A program made the position numbers and the translations under genes. From a virus: DNA of 64,000 nucleotides. Each line of letters opens with the position of its first letter. The first letter of the stretch is position 1. Positions 9,455 through 18,630 of the stretch are shown piece after piece. Below the pieces are notes generated by a model. It made no database searches, was not told where the DNA came from, and saw only the letters and a list, made by a program, of their open reading frames with translations. The stretch is taken from IMG/VR virus record IMGVR_UViG_3300018080_000004; one strand, 5' to 3'.

Positions 9455-9959
9455 CGTGGCGCTCTACTGCGACGGGTCGTGCCCGAATAACCGGAAGCCG
9501 AGCCGGGACAACCCGGCCTCCTGGGCTTTCGTGGCGGTTCGGCGCGTTGACATCTTCGACCACCGGGCCGGGCATGAGATCGCCAGGGCCTCCGGCCGGG
9601 TGATAACGGACCCGGACGCGAGGGGGTACGACGGGGCCGAGCACGGCTCGAACCAGACGGCCGAGCTGACGGCGGCCATTCGGGCCCTACAGTGGGCCCA
9701 GGTCAATCGGAAGGAGATCGGCCGAATCGCCCTGTTCACGGACTCGAAGTACGTCAAGAACCTCCTCCTGCGCCAGTGGAAGCACGACGACGAGGGGGAG
9801 ATGGAGAACAAGGCCCTCGTGCTCAAGGCGAGGGCCCTCCAGGACGACGTGGACACCAGAGTCCGCTGGGTCAAGGGGCACGTGGGGATTCATTGGAACG
9901 AGGAGGCCGACGACGCCGCCCACAGGGCCCTCCGGGGGGTCCGGAGCCTGGGGGGCTGA
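9444..9959 (+). CDS. rnhA: Ribonuclease HI
   Basis: YCDGSC, NQTAEL, TDSKYV, WVKGH, NEEAD. Confidence 0.92.
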   Translation: MVPNVALYCDGSCPNNRKPSRDNPASWAFVAVRRVDIFDHRAGHEIARASGRVITDPDARGYDGAEHGSNQTAELTAAIRALQWAQVNRKEIGRIALFTDSKYVKNLLLRQWKHDDEGEMENKALVLKARALQDDVDTRVRWVKGHVGIHWNEEADDAAHRALRGVRSLGG

Positions 9960-9962
9960 AAA

Positions 9963-10075
9963 CAGGGGAGCTCGACCCCCTTTGCAGGCCGCACGGCTGG
10001 CGAGGCTGGCCTCTGCGCCGGGGAAGGCTGGGTCCCGGCTACCTTCGGACCTGGGAGGGGGTCGAACGCTCTCTG
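9963..10075 (+). ncRNA. Candidate structured intergenic RNA element
   Basis: TCGACCCCCT (9972-81) pairs with AGGGGGTCGA (10056-65); CAGGGGAGC/GCTCTCTG outer stem; two internal hairpins. Confidence 0.35.
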
Positions 10076-10132
10076 GGGCGATTCCGGGCCTCCAGGAGCG
10101 ATCCGTGTTAGGTATCTATTAGGTGGGGCGCC

Positions 10133-11131
10133 GTGGACAGGGAGAGTATCTACAAGCTGGCCTCCATCATGGGGGTCAAGGCCGGGAAGGGCCGGGGAGC
10201 TAACATTCTGATACAGTGCCCCCTCGCGCCGCACTCCGGCGGCCACGCCAGCGGGGAGGACAGCACGCCATCCTTCTCGATCCTTGTGGACGAGACCGGA
10301 CCCTCGGCCTGCCACTGCTTCGGGTGTGGGGTCCGGGGCACCCTCGTCTCGGTCCTGGCGAGAGCAGATAGGCAGTACGAGGGTTTCGACGAGGCCCTCG
10401 CCTTTGTCCGGCGCATCGAGAAGTATGACCTCGGTGCGGGGCTCGACCGGGCCCTTCACCACCGCCGGAAGAGGACCCAGAGGGACGAACCGTATGCGCG
10501 TACGCTTGCCCGCTTCGTGCGGGCCTGTCAGGTCCACGTGCCGGGCTATGCGCTGGAGCGCGGGCTCACGCGGGCGGAGATCGACCGATGGATGGTGGGG
10601 CTCGACGTGTTCGACTATCGGGCCACCTTCCCGGTCTGGGACCGTGGCGGGACCCTCATGGGCGTCATGGGCCGGACCGTTGTCGATGGGGTCGAGCCCA
10701 AGTACCTCGCCTACTTCGACTGGTCAACCGGGGAGCACTTCTACGGGGAGCACTCCCTGGACCTGACCATCGAGGAGGGGGTCCTCGTAGAGGGAACTCT
10801 CGACACGATCATCGCCCGGCGCTACCACCCGAACGTCCTTGGACTCATGGGTCTCCGGCTTACGCCGGAAAAGAGGACGAAGCTCAAGCGGTGGTTCGAC
10901 TCCGTTACGCTCCTCCTCGACGCCGACGAGGCCGGTATGTCCCAGGCCCTCTCCGAGGACGTTATGGCGATCAAAATCGGCGTGTGGCTCTCTCCCATCA
11001 CGCGCCTGTACGTGGCCGTGCTCCCTCCGGGCGAGGACCCGGCGAGCGCCCCAGACGCCATCCCAGAGGCTCTGAAAAATCGTGTCCTCTGGGACTCTCT
11101 TGGGCTTGACAAGCGGAAATTGATACGCTAA
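10133..11131 (+). CDS. dnaG: DNA primase (Zn-binding + Toprim)
   Basis: CP..H..S.SI..CHCFGCG zinc domain; VEGTLD, LDADEAG, EDP. Confidence 0.88.
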   Translation: MDRESIYKLASIMGVKAGKGRGANILIQCPLAPHSGGHASGEDSTPSFSILVDETGPSACHCFGCGVRGTLVSVLARADRQYEGFDEALAFVRRIEKYDLGAGLDRALHHRRKRTQRDEPYARTLARFVRACQVHVPGYALERGLTRAEIDRWMVGLDVFDYRATFPVWDRGGTLMGVMGRTVVDGVEPKYLAYFDWSTGEHFYGEHSLDLTIEEGVLVEGTLDTIIARRYHPNVLGLMGLRLTPEKRTKLKRWFDSVTLLLDADEAGMSQALSEDVMAIKIGVWLSPITRLYVAVLPPGEDPASAPDAIPEALKNRVLWDSLGLDKRKLIR

Positions 11132-11134
11132 AAT
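11106..11134 (+). promoter_or_regulatory. Conserved-spacer sigma70 promoter
   Basis: TTGACA-AGCGGAAATTGATACGC-TAAAAT. Confidence 0.7.
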
Positions 11135-11202
11135 TCAAGACGTTGAGAGCCTCACAGTAGGCTATTCCGCCTCTTAGCAGGCACAGTTTGGAGGAAAACA
11201 TC

Positions 11203-12069
11203 ATGGGTTTCGCAAGTCGTGGCCTCGGCGAGGCCGACAAGGTTCCCGCGTCTTCGCGGGTCAAACCGTCCTTCGAGAAGCGCCTCTTCCTTCGGCCGGG
11301 GGACGAGGTGGACATCGTGCTCCTGGACGACATCTCGTTCAACATCTGGGAGCACGGCATGTTCCTCAAGGGCGACAAGCAGGCCAGCAAGATCAAGTGC
11401 ACGTGCCCGGACGGCTCGGCCGACGGCGATCCGAGGGCCTGCCGCATCTGTAACGCCATGCTCCGGCACGACCTCATCGGGCGCCAGTGGCGCGGCTTCC
11501 TCACCGTCGTGGACATGACGAAGCGCACCTGGAAGGGCAAGACCTACGAGCACGTGAAGAAGCTCCTCCCGCTCGACAAGAAGACGGCCATGATTCTGGA
11601 GAAGAAGCGGGAGAAGCGGAGCTCGCTCGTGGGGGCTCAGTTCCACCTGTACCGGACCGAGCAGACGGCCTCCTCGGTCGGGGACGACTGGGAGCTCCTC
11701 GACATCGACGACCCGAAGCGGCGGTTCAAGAACTCGCCCCAGATCGACCAGACCATCGAGTGGGAGAAGAAGAAGAACGGTACCATCCTCACGCGGGCGC
11801 AGGCCCTCGCGCTCTTCTGCTCTCCCTACGACTACGACACGGTGCTCGCTCCCGACAAGAAGAAGACGGCCTACTTCCTGGCCTACATGGGCATCGAAGA
11901 CCAGACCAGCGGCGACGAGGCCGAGGCGGAGTCCGGGACGACCGTGAACTACGGGGACCCCGACACGTCTCCGGACGAGGGCGTGGACGACACTCCGGCG
12001 CCGCCTCCCCGCAAGAAGGCGGCCAAGAAGAAGGGCCTCAAGAAGGGGCTCAAGAAGAAGGGCAAGTAG
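11203..12069 (+). CDS. Putative single-stranded DNA-binding protein (Zn-containing, gp32-like) with acidic then Lys-rich tail
   Basis: SD GGAGG; EH...C.C...C.IC pattern; position between primase and polymerase. Confidence 0.6.
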   Translation: MGFASRGLGEADKVPASSRVKPSFEKRLFLRPGDEVDIVLLDDISFNIWEHGMFLKGDKQASKIKCTCPDGSADGDPRACRICNAMLRHDLIGRQWRGFLTVVDMTKRTWKGKTYEHVKKLLPLDKKTAMILEKKREKRSSLVGAQFHLYRTEQTASSVGDDWELLDIDDPKRRFKNSPQIDQTIEWEKKKNGTILTRAQALALFCSPYDYDTVLAPDKKKTAYFLAYMGIEDQTSGDEAEAESGTTVNYGDPDTSPDEGVDDTPAPPPRKKAAKKKGLKKGLKKKGK

Positions 12070-12076
12070 GCGATTC

Positions 12077-12210
12077 ACGGCGGTAGCTCAGTGGGAAGAG
12101 CGCCCCTCCGCCCTGGGTCGCGCAACCCAGGCGGGGCAGCCGGGCCGGTCGCGCAGGCCGGTCCGGCGGAGAGGGGGAGGTCGGAGGTTCGAGTCCTCCC
12201 CGCCGCGCCA
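12077..12210 (+). ncRNA. tRNA-like RNA with the anticodon loop replaced by two hairpins
   Basis: Acceptor ACGGCGG/CCGCCGC-G-CCA, D arm TAGCTCAGTGGGAAGAGC, T arm GGAGG-TTCGAGT-CCTCC; ~64-nt insert in the anticodon arm. Confidence 0.8.
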
Positions 12211-12212
12211 GC

Positions 12213-14426
12213 ATGTACGACGACGTGGACAAAATTCTGGGGTCGGAGTGGGTCGCGGTGGACACCGAGACCGACGACGACGACGCCATCCCGGCGTGCA
12301 AGAAGACCCTCCGGGGCGTCTCGCTCGCCTGGGGGAATCCGGAGCACCCTGTCGGGCGCTACTGGTCCTTCGAGGAGGACGCTTACGCCTGGAAGACGTT
12401 CAGGAAGCGCATCCTTGCCCCTCTCTTCGAGCGCGAGGAGGCGAAGCTCGCGTGGTGGAATTACAAGTTCGATGCCCAGGTCCTCGGAGCTCGCGGCCTC
12501 CACCCCAAGGGGGTCATCTACGACGGCATGCTCCTCTCCTACCTCATCGACGAGACCGAGCGGCACGCCCTCAAGGCGTGCGCGAAGCGCGACCTCGGAG
12601 TTACCACGGCCCTCACCTACCGGGAATCCCAGAGGGAGGTCGAGGCCATCTGGAAGCGCGGGCAGGCCAATATCAAGAGGATGGTGAACATCGCCTGGGC
12701 CCTCTACCGCGACCACCGGAAATCTTCCCAGGTCATCGAGAGCTTCATCGACCCCCGCTGGCCCTTGGCGAAGCAGGCGGCTTTTCGGCTTCCTCCAGGC
12801 ATGAAAAAGGCAGACGTGCTGGAGGCGGCCGACAAGTTCGTTCGGCCCAAGGTGGAGGCGGTCCACGAGGCGCGGCGCCGGGAGCTTTTCGAGACTTACG
12901 CCACGCACGACGCCGTGTGGACGCTCCAGCTCGTGTGGAAGTACCTCCAGGTGGTCCAGGAGGCGGACTTGGAGGGCCTGTTCCACGAGACGGAGGTCCC
13001 TGTCGTGGGTGTCATCGCCGACATCGAGACACGGGGCGTCCGGATGGACGTGGGGATTCTCCAGCAACTCAAGCAGGTGTACGGCGTGGAGGTCGAGAAG
13101 ATCAGGAAGGAGATCGCTGCCGAGTATCCCGACCTGAATCCCTCCTCTCCTGACCAGCTTCGGGCCATCTTCTGGGGTGAGATGGAGATTGAGCCGCCCC
13201 AGTGGGCTTTCACGAAGAAGAACAGGCGCAAGGGGAACCTGGACCCTGTGAAGTTCGCCTCGACGGACAAGAACGTCCTCTCATGGCTCATCGAGGAGCA
13301 CCAGAACCCCCTCGCCGAGAAGATCGTGCGGCTCCGGAAGATCGAGAAGATCAAGGGCACCTACATCGACGACCTTCTGGAGAGGGCCCTGGCGGACCCG
13401 GAGCACCGAATACACTGCTCCTTCAACCCGGTGGGGACCGTGAACGACCGCTGGAGCTCGGACAACCCCAACCTCCAGAACCAGCCGCGCCCCGGCACGA
13501 CGGAGGGGGCTATCGGGAGCGTCTACATCCTTCCGGGCACGAAGAAGGAGATCAAGGTGCCCTCGATCCGCCGGGCGTATATTCCGAAGGAGGGGTACAA
13601 GTTCCTCAACGCCGACTTTTCGCAGATCGAGCTCCGTTTCCTCGCCCACGTGACCGAAGACCCGGCCCTCCTCGCGGCGTACCGGACGTGGCGGTGCTAC
13701 TCGTGCGGGGCCGAGGGCGAGACGGACACGGCCATACACGTCTGCCCGTCGTGCTGGGAGGACGAGGTGGAGGCCAAGGGGCATGAGGAGATTGTCCACG
13801 GGTTCGTGTTGGGCGAGGACATCCACTGGCAGACCGCCGTGGCGACGGGCCTCGTGGACACGTACGGGCCGGTCGAAGGGCGCTACAAAGCCAAGTCTGT
13901 GAATTTCGGGCTCATATACGGGATGTACTACAAGCTTTTGGCGGCCATGATCGACGTGCCCCTCGACGTGGCCGAGGAGGTTCACACTCGTTTCTTCTTG
14001 AAGTATCGCGGGGTGCGCTCCTTCCATCACTGGGTGCGGAGGACCTTGGAGGAGCGGGGATGGTTCCGCCTGTTCAGCGGGCGCAGGCGCCACTTCACGA
14101 AGGAGTGGGACCTCTACCACAAGGGGGTCATCGACGACTTCCAGCTCGGAGCGGTGGTCCGAGAGGCCACGAACAGCATCATCCAGGGAGGGGCGGCCAT
14201 CCTCATGAAGCGGGTGGTGCGCGACCTGGGCCGGGCGTTCCGGAGCGGGGAGTTCGGGGACACCGGGATCGTCCTCCAGGTGCACGACGAGATTCTCGTC
14301 GAGTTCCCGGAGGAGCGCGAGGAACAGGTCCGGGGGAAGGTGGTGGACACCATGGAGCACGTCGCTCAACTCAAGGTGCCCATTGTCACGGACCCCCAGA
14401 TCAAAATGGCATGGTCAGCAAAGTGA
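12213..14426 (+). CDS. polA: DNA polymerase family A (3'-5' exo + polymerase, no 5' nuclease) with CxxC-CxxC insertion
   Basis: VAVDTET, NYKFD, YATHD, NPNLQNQP, ADFSQIELR, KSVNFGLIYG, QVHDE. Confidence 0.95.
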   Translation: MYDDVDKILGSEWVAVDTETDDDDAIPACKKTLRGVSLAWGNPEHPVGRYWSFEEDAYAWKTFRKRILAPLFEREEAKLAWWNYKFDAQVLGARGLHPKGVIYDGMLLSYLIDETERHALKACAKRDLGVTTALTYRESQREVEAIWKRGQANIKRMVNIAWALYRDHRKSSQVIESFIDPRWPLAKQAAFRLPPGMKKADVLEAADKFVRPKVEAVHEARRRELFETYATHDAVWTLQLVWKYLQVVQEADLEGLFHETEVPVVGVIADIETRGVRMDVGILQQLKQVYGVEVEKIRKEIAAEYPDLNPSSPDQLRAIFWGEMEIEPPQWAFTKKNRRKGNLDPVKFASTDKNVLSWLIEEHQNPLAEKIVRLRKIEKIKGTYIDDLLERALADPEHRIHCSFNPVGTVNDRWSSDNPNLQNQPRPGTTEGAIGSVYILPGTKKEIKVPSIRRAYIPKEGYKFLNADFSQIELRFLAHVTEDPALLAAYRTWRCYSCGAEGETDTAIHVCPSCWEDEVEAKGHEEIVHGFVLGEDIHWQTAVATGLVDTYGPVEGRYKAKSVNFGLIYGMYYKLLAAMIDVPLDVAEEVHTRFFLKYRGVRSFHHWVRRTLEERGWFRLFSGRRRHFTKEWDLYHKGVIDDFQLGAVVREATNSIIQGGAAILMKRVVRDLGRAFRSGEFGDTGIVLQVHDEILVEFPEEREEQVRGKVVDTMEHVAQLKVPIVTDPQIKMAWSAK

Positions 14427-15799
14427 ACAAGGTGGCATGGCTCGATCAGATGGTCCGGGTGCGGAAGGACGCCCTCCCGGTCGGGGTCGAGGACCGTATT
14501 CGGGACTCTCTGACCCTCAAGCAGAAGAAGTTCGGAGACGATCCACAGCTCGTGGAAACGTACCGCGAGAACGGCACCTTCCTGTGGCTCCCGCGCTTCT
14601 ATGGGGCGAACCTCCTCCGGCGGCACGGCTTCGAGATCGTGGACAAGCGGTCCGATGGCTTCGGGTTCGACATGGAGTTCCGGGGAGACCTCGGCGTCGC
14701 CCCCTTCCCGTCCGGGCAGCCGAAGTTCGTGGAAGACATCTTGGGCGGACTCCGGGAGAATGGTCTCGGCGGCTTTGGGGTGGCCGATTGCGGGATGGGG
14801 AAGACAGTCATGGGTTCGGCAATCTCGGCCGCCCTCGGCCGGGCCACGCTCGTGCTCGTGCACAGGTCCCCCCTCGTGAATCAGTGGCGGGAGTCGTTTC
14901 GGCGGCACGTCCTCGTGGACGGGCGCCCCCCGAAAGTGGGGCTCGTGCGGGAGGACCGGTGCGACTACGGGCCCCAGTGGCCCATGTCCATCGCCATGAT
15001 ACAGTCGCTCCACGCCAGGACGTACCCGGAGGACTTCTATCGGGCCTGGGGCCTCATCCTCGTTGACGAGACGCACCACATACCGGCGCGGACGTGGCAG
15101 GGGGCCATGACCCAGTTCTCGGCGAGGTACGCGGTGGGGCTGACAGCGACGCTCCGTCGAAAAGACGGCCTCGGACCGGTCTTCAATCACGCCCTGGGCA
15201 ACGTGCTGGGGCGCCTCCACAGGGACAACGTGAAGGCGGACGCCCAGTTCTACGGCCTGCATTTCCTGGGCGGGGTGAAGAGCATGCAGTCGTTCGGGTC
15301 CCTGAATCGGACCCTCGTGGAGAAGCGGCTCGCGGCCATGCCGGGCCGGAATGAGATCGTCGCGGCCGAGATCGAGAAAGCTGTCCTGGCCGGGCGCAGG
15401 CGTATCATGGTGTTTTCGGGAATCCGGGGGCACCTTGCCGAGCTGTACGAGCTCCTCCCGCTGGAGGTCCGGCGCCGGACTGGGTTCTACGTGGGCCGAA
15501 GGAAGCAGGAGCAGCTCGACCGGGTGGCGCAAAAGAACGTCATCCTTGCCACGTACGGGATGGCGGACGAGGGCCTGGACATCGGCGACATAGACGCGGT
15601 TTTCCTCACCACCCCCAGGCCGGACGTGGAGCAACCGGTGGGGAGGGCCCTCCGGTTCTACGTGAAGAAGATGCCCCCGATCATTGTGGACTTTGTGGAC
15701 CGCATCGGGTCGCTCGTGGACTGGGCGGAGCGGAGGAGGACCCAGTATATTCGGATGGGGATCAGGCTGCGAAATAACATCCCCTCGGCAAGGAGATAG
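14423..15799 (+). CDS. Superfamily II DNA helicase (UvsW/XPB-like)
   Basis: CGMGKT, DETHH, GLTAT, EGLDI, QPVGRALR; GTG start overlapping the pol stop (alt. ATG 14411). Confidence 0.88.
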   Translation: MNKVAWLDQMVRVRKDALPVGVEDRIRDSLTLKQKKFGDDPQLVETYRENGTFLWLPRFYGANLLRRHGFEIVDKRSDGFGFDMEFRGDLGVAPFPSGQPKFVEDILGGLRENGLGGFGVADCGMGKTVMGSAISAALGRATLVLVHRSPLVNQWRESFRRHVLVDGRPPKVGLVREDRCDYGPQWPMSIAMIQSLHARTYPEDFYRAWGLILVDETHHIPARTWQGAMTQFSARYAVGLTATLRRKDGLGPVFNHALGNVLGRLHRDNVKADAQFYGLHFLGGVKSMQSFGSLNRTLVEKRLAAMPGRNEIVAAEIEKAVLAGRRRIMVFSGIRGHLAELYELLPLEVRRRTGFYVGRRKQEQLDRVAQKNVILATYGMADEGLDIGDIDAVFLTTPRPDVEQPVGRALRFYVKKMPPIIVDFVDRIGSLVDWAERRRTQYIRMGIRLRNNIPSARR

Positions 15800-15801
15800 A
15801 G

Positions 15802-16458
15802 ATGGCGCGGAAGAAAAAGGGGCGTGGACGCCCACCGAAGCACCGCTCCGAGGAGGCTCGGACGCGGCACCGCCGCAAGGCGAGCAAGCAATACTACGAC
15901 GAGAACCGCGACGAGATCAGCAAGAAGCGGTCCAGGCGGTGGAAGGACGACGAGGACTACCGGGAGCGCGTGCGCCAGCGGGGCGAGGGGGACCGCGCCC
16001 TTCGCCGGGCCCAGCTCTTCGAGGAGCGCCTCGCCGAGGACAAGAAGCGGAGCGAGGCGTACTGGGAAGGGCGCCGCGTCCTCACACCGAGGAAGGTGGA
16101 GATCGACGGGGCGCCTACGACGGTGCACTCGTCCGGGGTCCTCGGCCGGGCGGTCTATCGCACGATGCCCACGGTCCGCCGGTGGATCGCCAACCGGGTG
16201 CTTCCCGGATACTCGTGGCAGGACGAGCACGGGCGCTACTGGTTCACCATCGAGTTCTGCCGGGCCGCTCGCGCCGCCGTGGAGCGCGTCTACCTCTTCG
16301 ACGGGCGCCGGAGCGAGACAATCACAAGGCAGCTTCTCATCGAGGAGCTGAACAGCGCAGGTGTTACTTGGAGATCCTTCGATGAGCCCATCAAGCGGAA
16401 AGAAAAAGGCAGCAAGAAAAAAGGCCGTAAAAAAGGCCGCGCCAAGAAGCGGAAGTGA
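15802..16458 (+). CDS. Basic DNA-binding protein with MerR-like HTH
   Basis: RTMPTVRRWIANRVLP...GRYWFT; N-terminal AT-hook-like GRGRPPK; Lys-rich ends. Confidence 0.6.
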   Translation: MARKKKGRGRPPKHRSEEARTRHRRKASKQYYDENRDEISKKRSRRWKDDEDYRERVRQRGEGDRALRRAQLFEERLAEDKKRSEAYWEGRRVLTPRKVEIDGAPTTVHSSGVLGRAVYRTMPTVRRWIANRVLPGYSWQDEHGRYWFTIEFCRAARAAVERVYLFDGRRSETITRQLLIEELNSAGVTWRSFDEPIKRKEKGSKKKGRKKGRAKKRK

Positions 16459-16753
16459 GGTCCTCCGGCTGGACACCCGTGTCGTGCGGATGAAGCACAC
16501 GGGGGACCCGGCCCGGAGCGAAGTCAGCTACGAGACGGTCGTCTTCCCGGCCGGGGTGCCCGTCGCCCAGGTGGGCGTCGAGGTCAACCGGTCCTTGGAG
16601 ATCACCCACAATCACTGGTTCTCGTGCAAGGTGACCGAGACGAGGAACGTCCCCGACTCCGAGTCGGCCGTCGTGGAGCAGCGGGACCGCTCGTACAAGT
16701 CCGCCCTCGCCTTCGTGGACGAGAAGGTACGGGAGGCCCTGGAGGAGGTGTAA
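16382..16753 (+). CDS. Hypothetical protein with Lys/Ala-rich N-terminus
   Basis: SD GGAG before ATG 16382; overlaps upstream gene by 77 nt. Confidence 0.6.
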   Translation: MSPSSGKKKAARKKAVKKAAPRSGSEVLRLDTRVVRMKHTGDPARSEVSYETVVFPAGVPVAQVGVEVNRSLEITHNHWFSCKVTETRNVPDSESAVVEQRDRSYKSALAFVDEKVREALEEV

Positions 16754-16755
16754 TC

Positions 16756-17064
16756 GTGTCCATCTGGATTCCGGACAAGTACAGGAAGCTCAAGGCCATG
16801 GAGGAGGCCCGGCGCAAGCCAGGGACCGACATGGAGGAGGTCATCCGTCGGGAGGGGCAGGGCTGGAAGCAGCTCACCGACGAGAAGACGGGCGAGCTCA
16901 AGAACGTGTGGCAGTTCGTCCACCCGAAGGGCTACGGCTTCGTGACCCTCGTCGAGGGGGAGTACCACTGGGAGGCGAACCGGGGCGACCGGCCGCCGGA
17001 CCGGGGGAAGCTTAGGAGCCTCGACGACGCCAAGCGGAAGGTCACCCAGCTCGTGGCCGGATAG
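16756..17064 (+). CDS. Hypothetical protein
   Basis: SD GGAGG, GTG start, typical codon bias. Confidence 0.6.
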   Translation: MSIWIPDKYRKLKAMEEARRKPGTDMEEVIRREGQGWKQLTDEKTGELKNVWQFVHPKGYGFVTLVEGEYHWEANRGDRPPDRGKLRSLDDAKRKVTQLVAG

Positions 17065-17073
17065 GAGCGCACA

Positions 17074-18567
17074 ATGGCGAAAGCGAAACACGACCTCGGA
17101 GGCTCCCCGGAGAAGGGCCGGGAGCGCCTCCGCGAGGTCTCGGAGCAGATCAATCGCCGATACGGGACCCATACGGCGCTCCCGCTCAACGTGGCCGCTG
17201 TCGCCGACGTGGAGCGCCTGCCCTTCGGCATCTTGGACATGGACTGGAAGACGCGGGGCGGCATCGTCGTCGGCCGGGTGAACCGGCTCTGGGGGAAGAA
17301 GAGCACCCTCAAGACAACCCTGTGCCTCCGGGCGGTCGCCCAGGCTCAGCGGTACTGCCGCCACTGTAAGTCCCCTATCGTCGAGGACCCCATGACGGGC
17401 CGGAAGAACTGTAGGTGCCCGGACCCCCGCTTTACCCTCGCCAAGCCGGACGACTTCAAGTTCCTGACCCAGGAGCAGACCATACAGCTCCGCTACGGGA
17501 TGCTCCCGGCCCCGGCGACGCCGAAGAAGCCCTGGATCGAGACGACGGCCGAGGTGGAAACCAAGGGGAAAAAGAAGAAAACGCAGAAGGTCAAGATCGT
17601 TTTCGAGGAGTGCGACAGGAACGAGCCCTGGCGGTGTATCTACATCGACAGCGAGCGCACCATCGACAAGAAGTGGGCCCAGAACAACGGCGTGGACACC
17701 TCCCTCGTGGCCCTCGTGGGCGGGCGGTGGGCGGAGATGGTGCTCGACACCACGGAAGAGCTCATCCTCACCCGCGAGTTCGACCTCATCGTCATCGACT
17801 CTCTCGCCATGCTGACCCCGGAGGACGAGATCAGCAAGAGCCACCGGGAGAACCCCAAGGTGGCCGGGCAGGCGAGCGTGATGACCAGGGCTATCAAGAA
17901 GTGGCTCAGTGCCATGTCCGAGGAGGGGCTCATGAACAGGTACGCCCCCACGATCCTCTGCACCGATCAAGTCCGCATGAAGGGGATTGGATGGGGGCAG
18001 CACGCCTACCTCGCCCCGGCCGCCTCGAACGCCATCGACCACGCCCTCTCCCTCGACATTGGTATGCGGGCGAAGGGATACGAGTTCAAGGGGGACGTGG
18101 CCGAGTACGGGACCTTCGAGTACACGGTGGACAAGAACAAGGCCGGGGGCTCCCCGAAGGTCGGCGGAGTGTTTCGGTTCTGGCTCAAACCCACCCTCGG
18201 CCGCGCCGTGGGGGACGTGGAAGACCAGAAGGTAGTCGTGGAGCAGGCCCGGAGCCTCGGCCATATCGAGGACGGCAAAGGCTACAAGCTCCTCTCGGAG
18301 TACATGGAGGGAGGCCAGGAGACCTTCAAGACCCTCAAGGCGCTCTCGGCTTTCCTGGAGAACAACCCCACGGTGTACGCCGATCTCCGGGCGCGAGTCC
18401 TCTCCGCGCTCATCCGGAAGGATGAGATGGGGGAGCTTGTCTTCGCGGAGATTCAGGAGACCCCCGGCCCGGCCGAGGCTTCCCAGGAGCCGGAAAAGCC
18501 TGCCAGACAGGGCAAGAAGAAGGGAGTCCCGAAGGGCAACCCCTTCACCCAGAAGTTCGAGGTGTAA
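17074..18567 (+). CDS. recA: RecA/UvsX-like recombinase with Cys-rich insertion
   Basis: GGIVVGR..WGKKSTLKTT, YIDSE, IVIDSLAML, QVR, KNK motifs. Confidence 0.85.
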   Translation: MAKAKHDLGGSPEKGRERLREVSEQINRRYGTHTALPLNVAAVADVERLPFGILDMDWKTRGGIVVGRVNRLWGKKSTLKTTLCLRAVAQAQRYCRHCKSPIVEDPMTGRKNCRCPDPRFTLAKPDDFKFLTQEQTIQLRYGMLPAPATPKKPWIETTAEVETKGKKKKTQKVKIVFEECDRNEPWRCIYIDSERTIDKKWAQNNGVDTSLVALVGGRWAEMVLDTTEELILTREFDLIVIDSLAMLTPEDEISKSHRENPKVAGQASVMTRAIKKWLSAMSEEGLMNRYAPTILCTDQVRMKGIGWGQHAYLAPAASNAIDHALSLDIGMRAKGYEFKGDVAEYGTFEYTVDKNKAGGSPKVGGVFRFWLKPTLGRAVGDVEDQKVVVEQARSLGHIEDGKGYKLLSEYMEGGQETFKTLKALSAFLENNPTVYADLRARVLSALIRKDEMGELVFAEIQETPGPAEASQEPEKPARQGKKKGVPKGNPFTQKFEV

Positions 18568-18574
18568 ATTTATC

Positions 18575-18603
18575 TTGACAAGTGTTTCGTGATATGCTAT
18601 AAT
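18575..18603 (+). promoter_or_regulatory. Conserved-spacer sigma70 promoter (perfect consensus boxes)
   Basis: TTGACA-AGTGTTTCGTGATATGC-TATAAT with extended TG. Confidence 0.85.
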
Positions 18604-18630
18604 AGGGTAGAGAGTGGAAAGGAGGATAGC

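Noticed and set aside
12077-12210. tmRNA or a standard intron-containing tRNA
   Set aside because: Too short, has a full D arm, no G3-U70 pair and no tag ORF; canonical intron removal does not restore a U33/purine-37 loop
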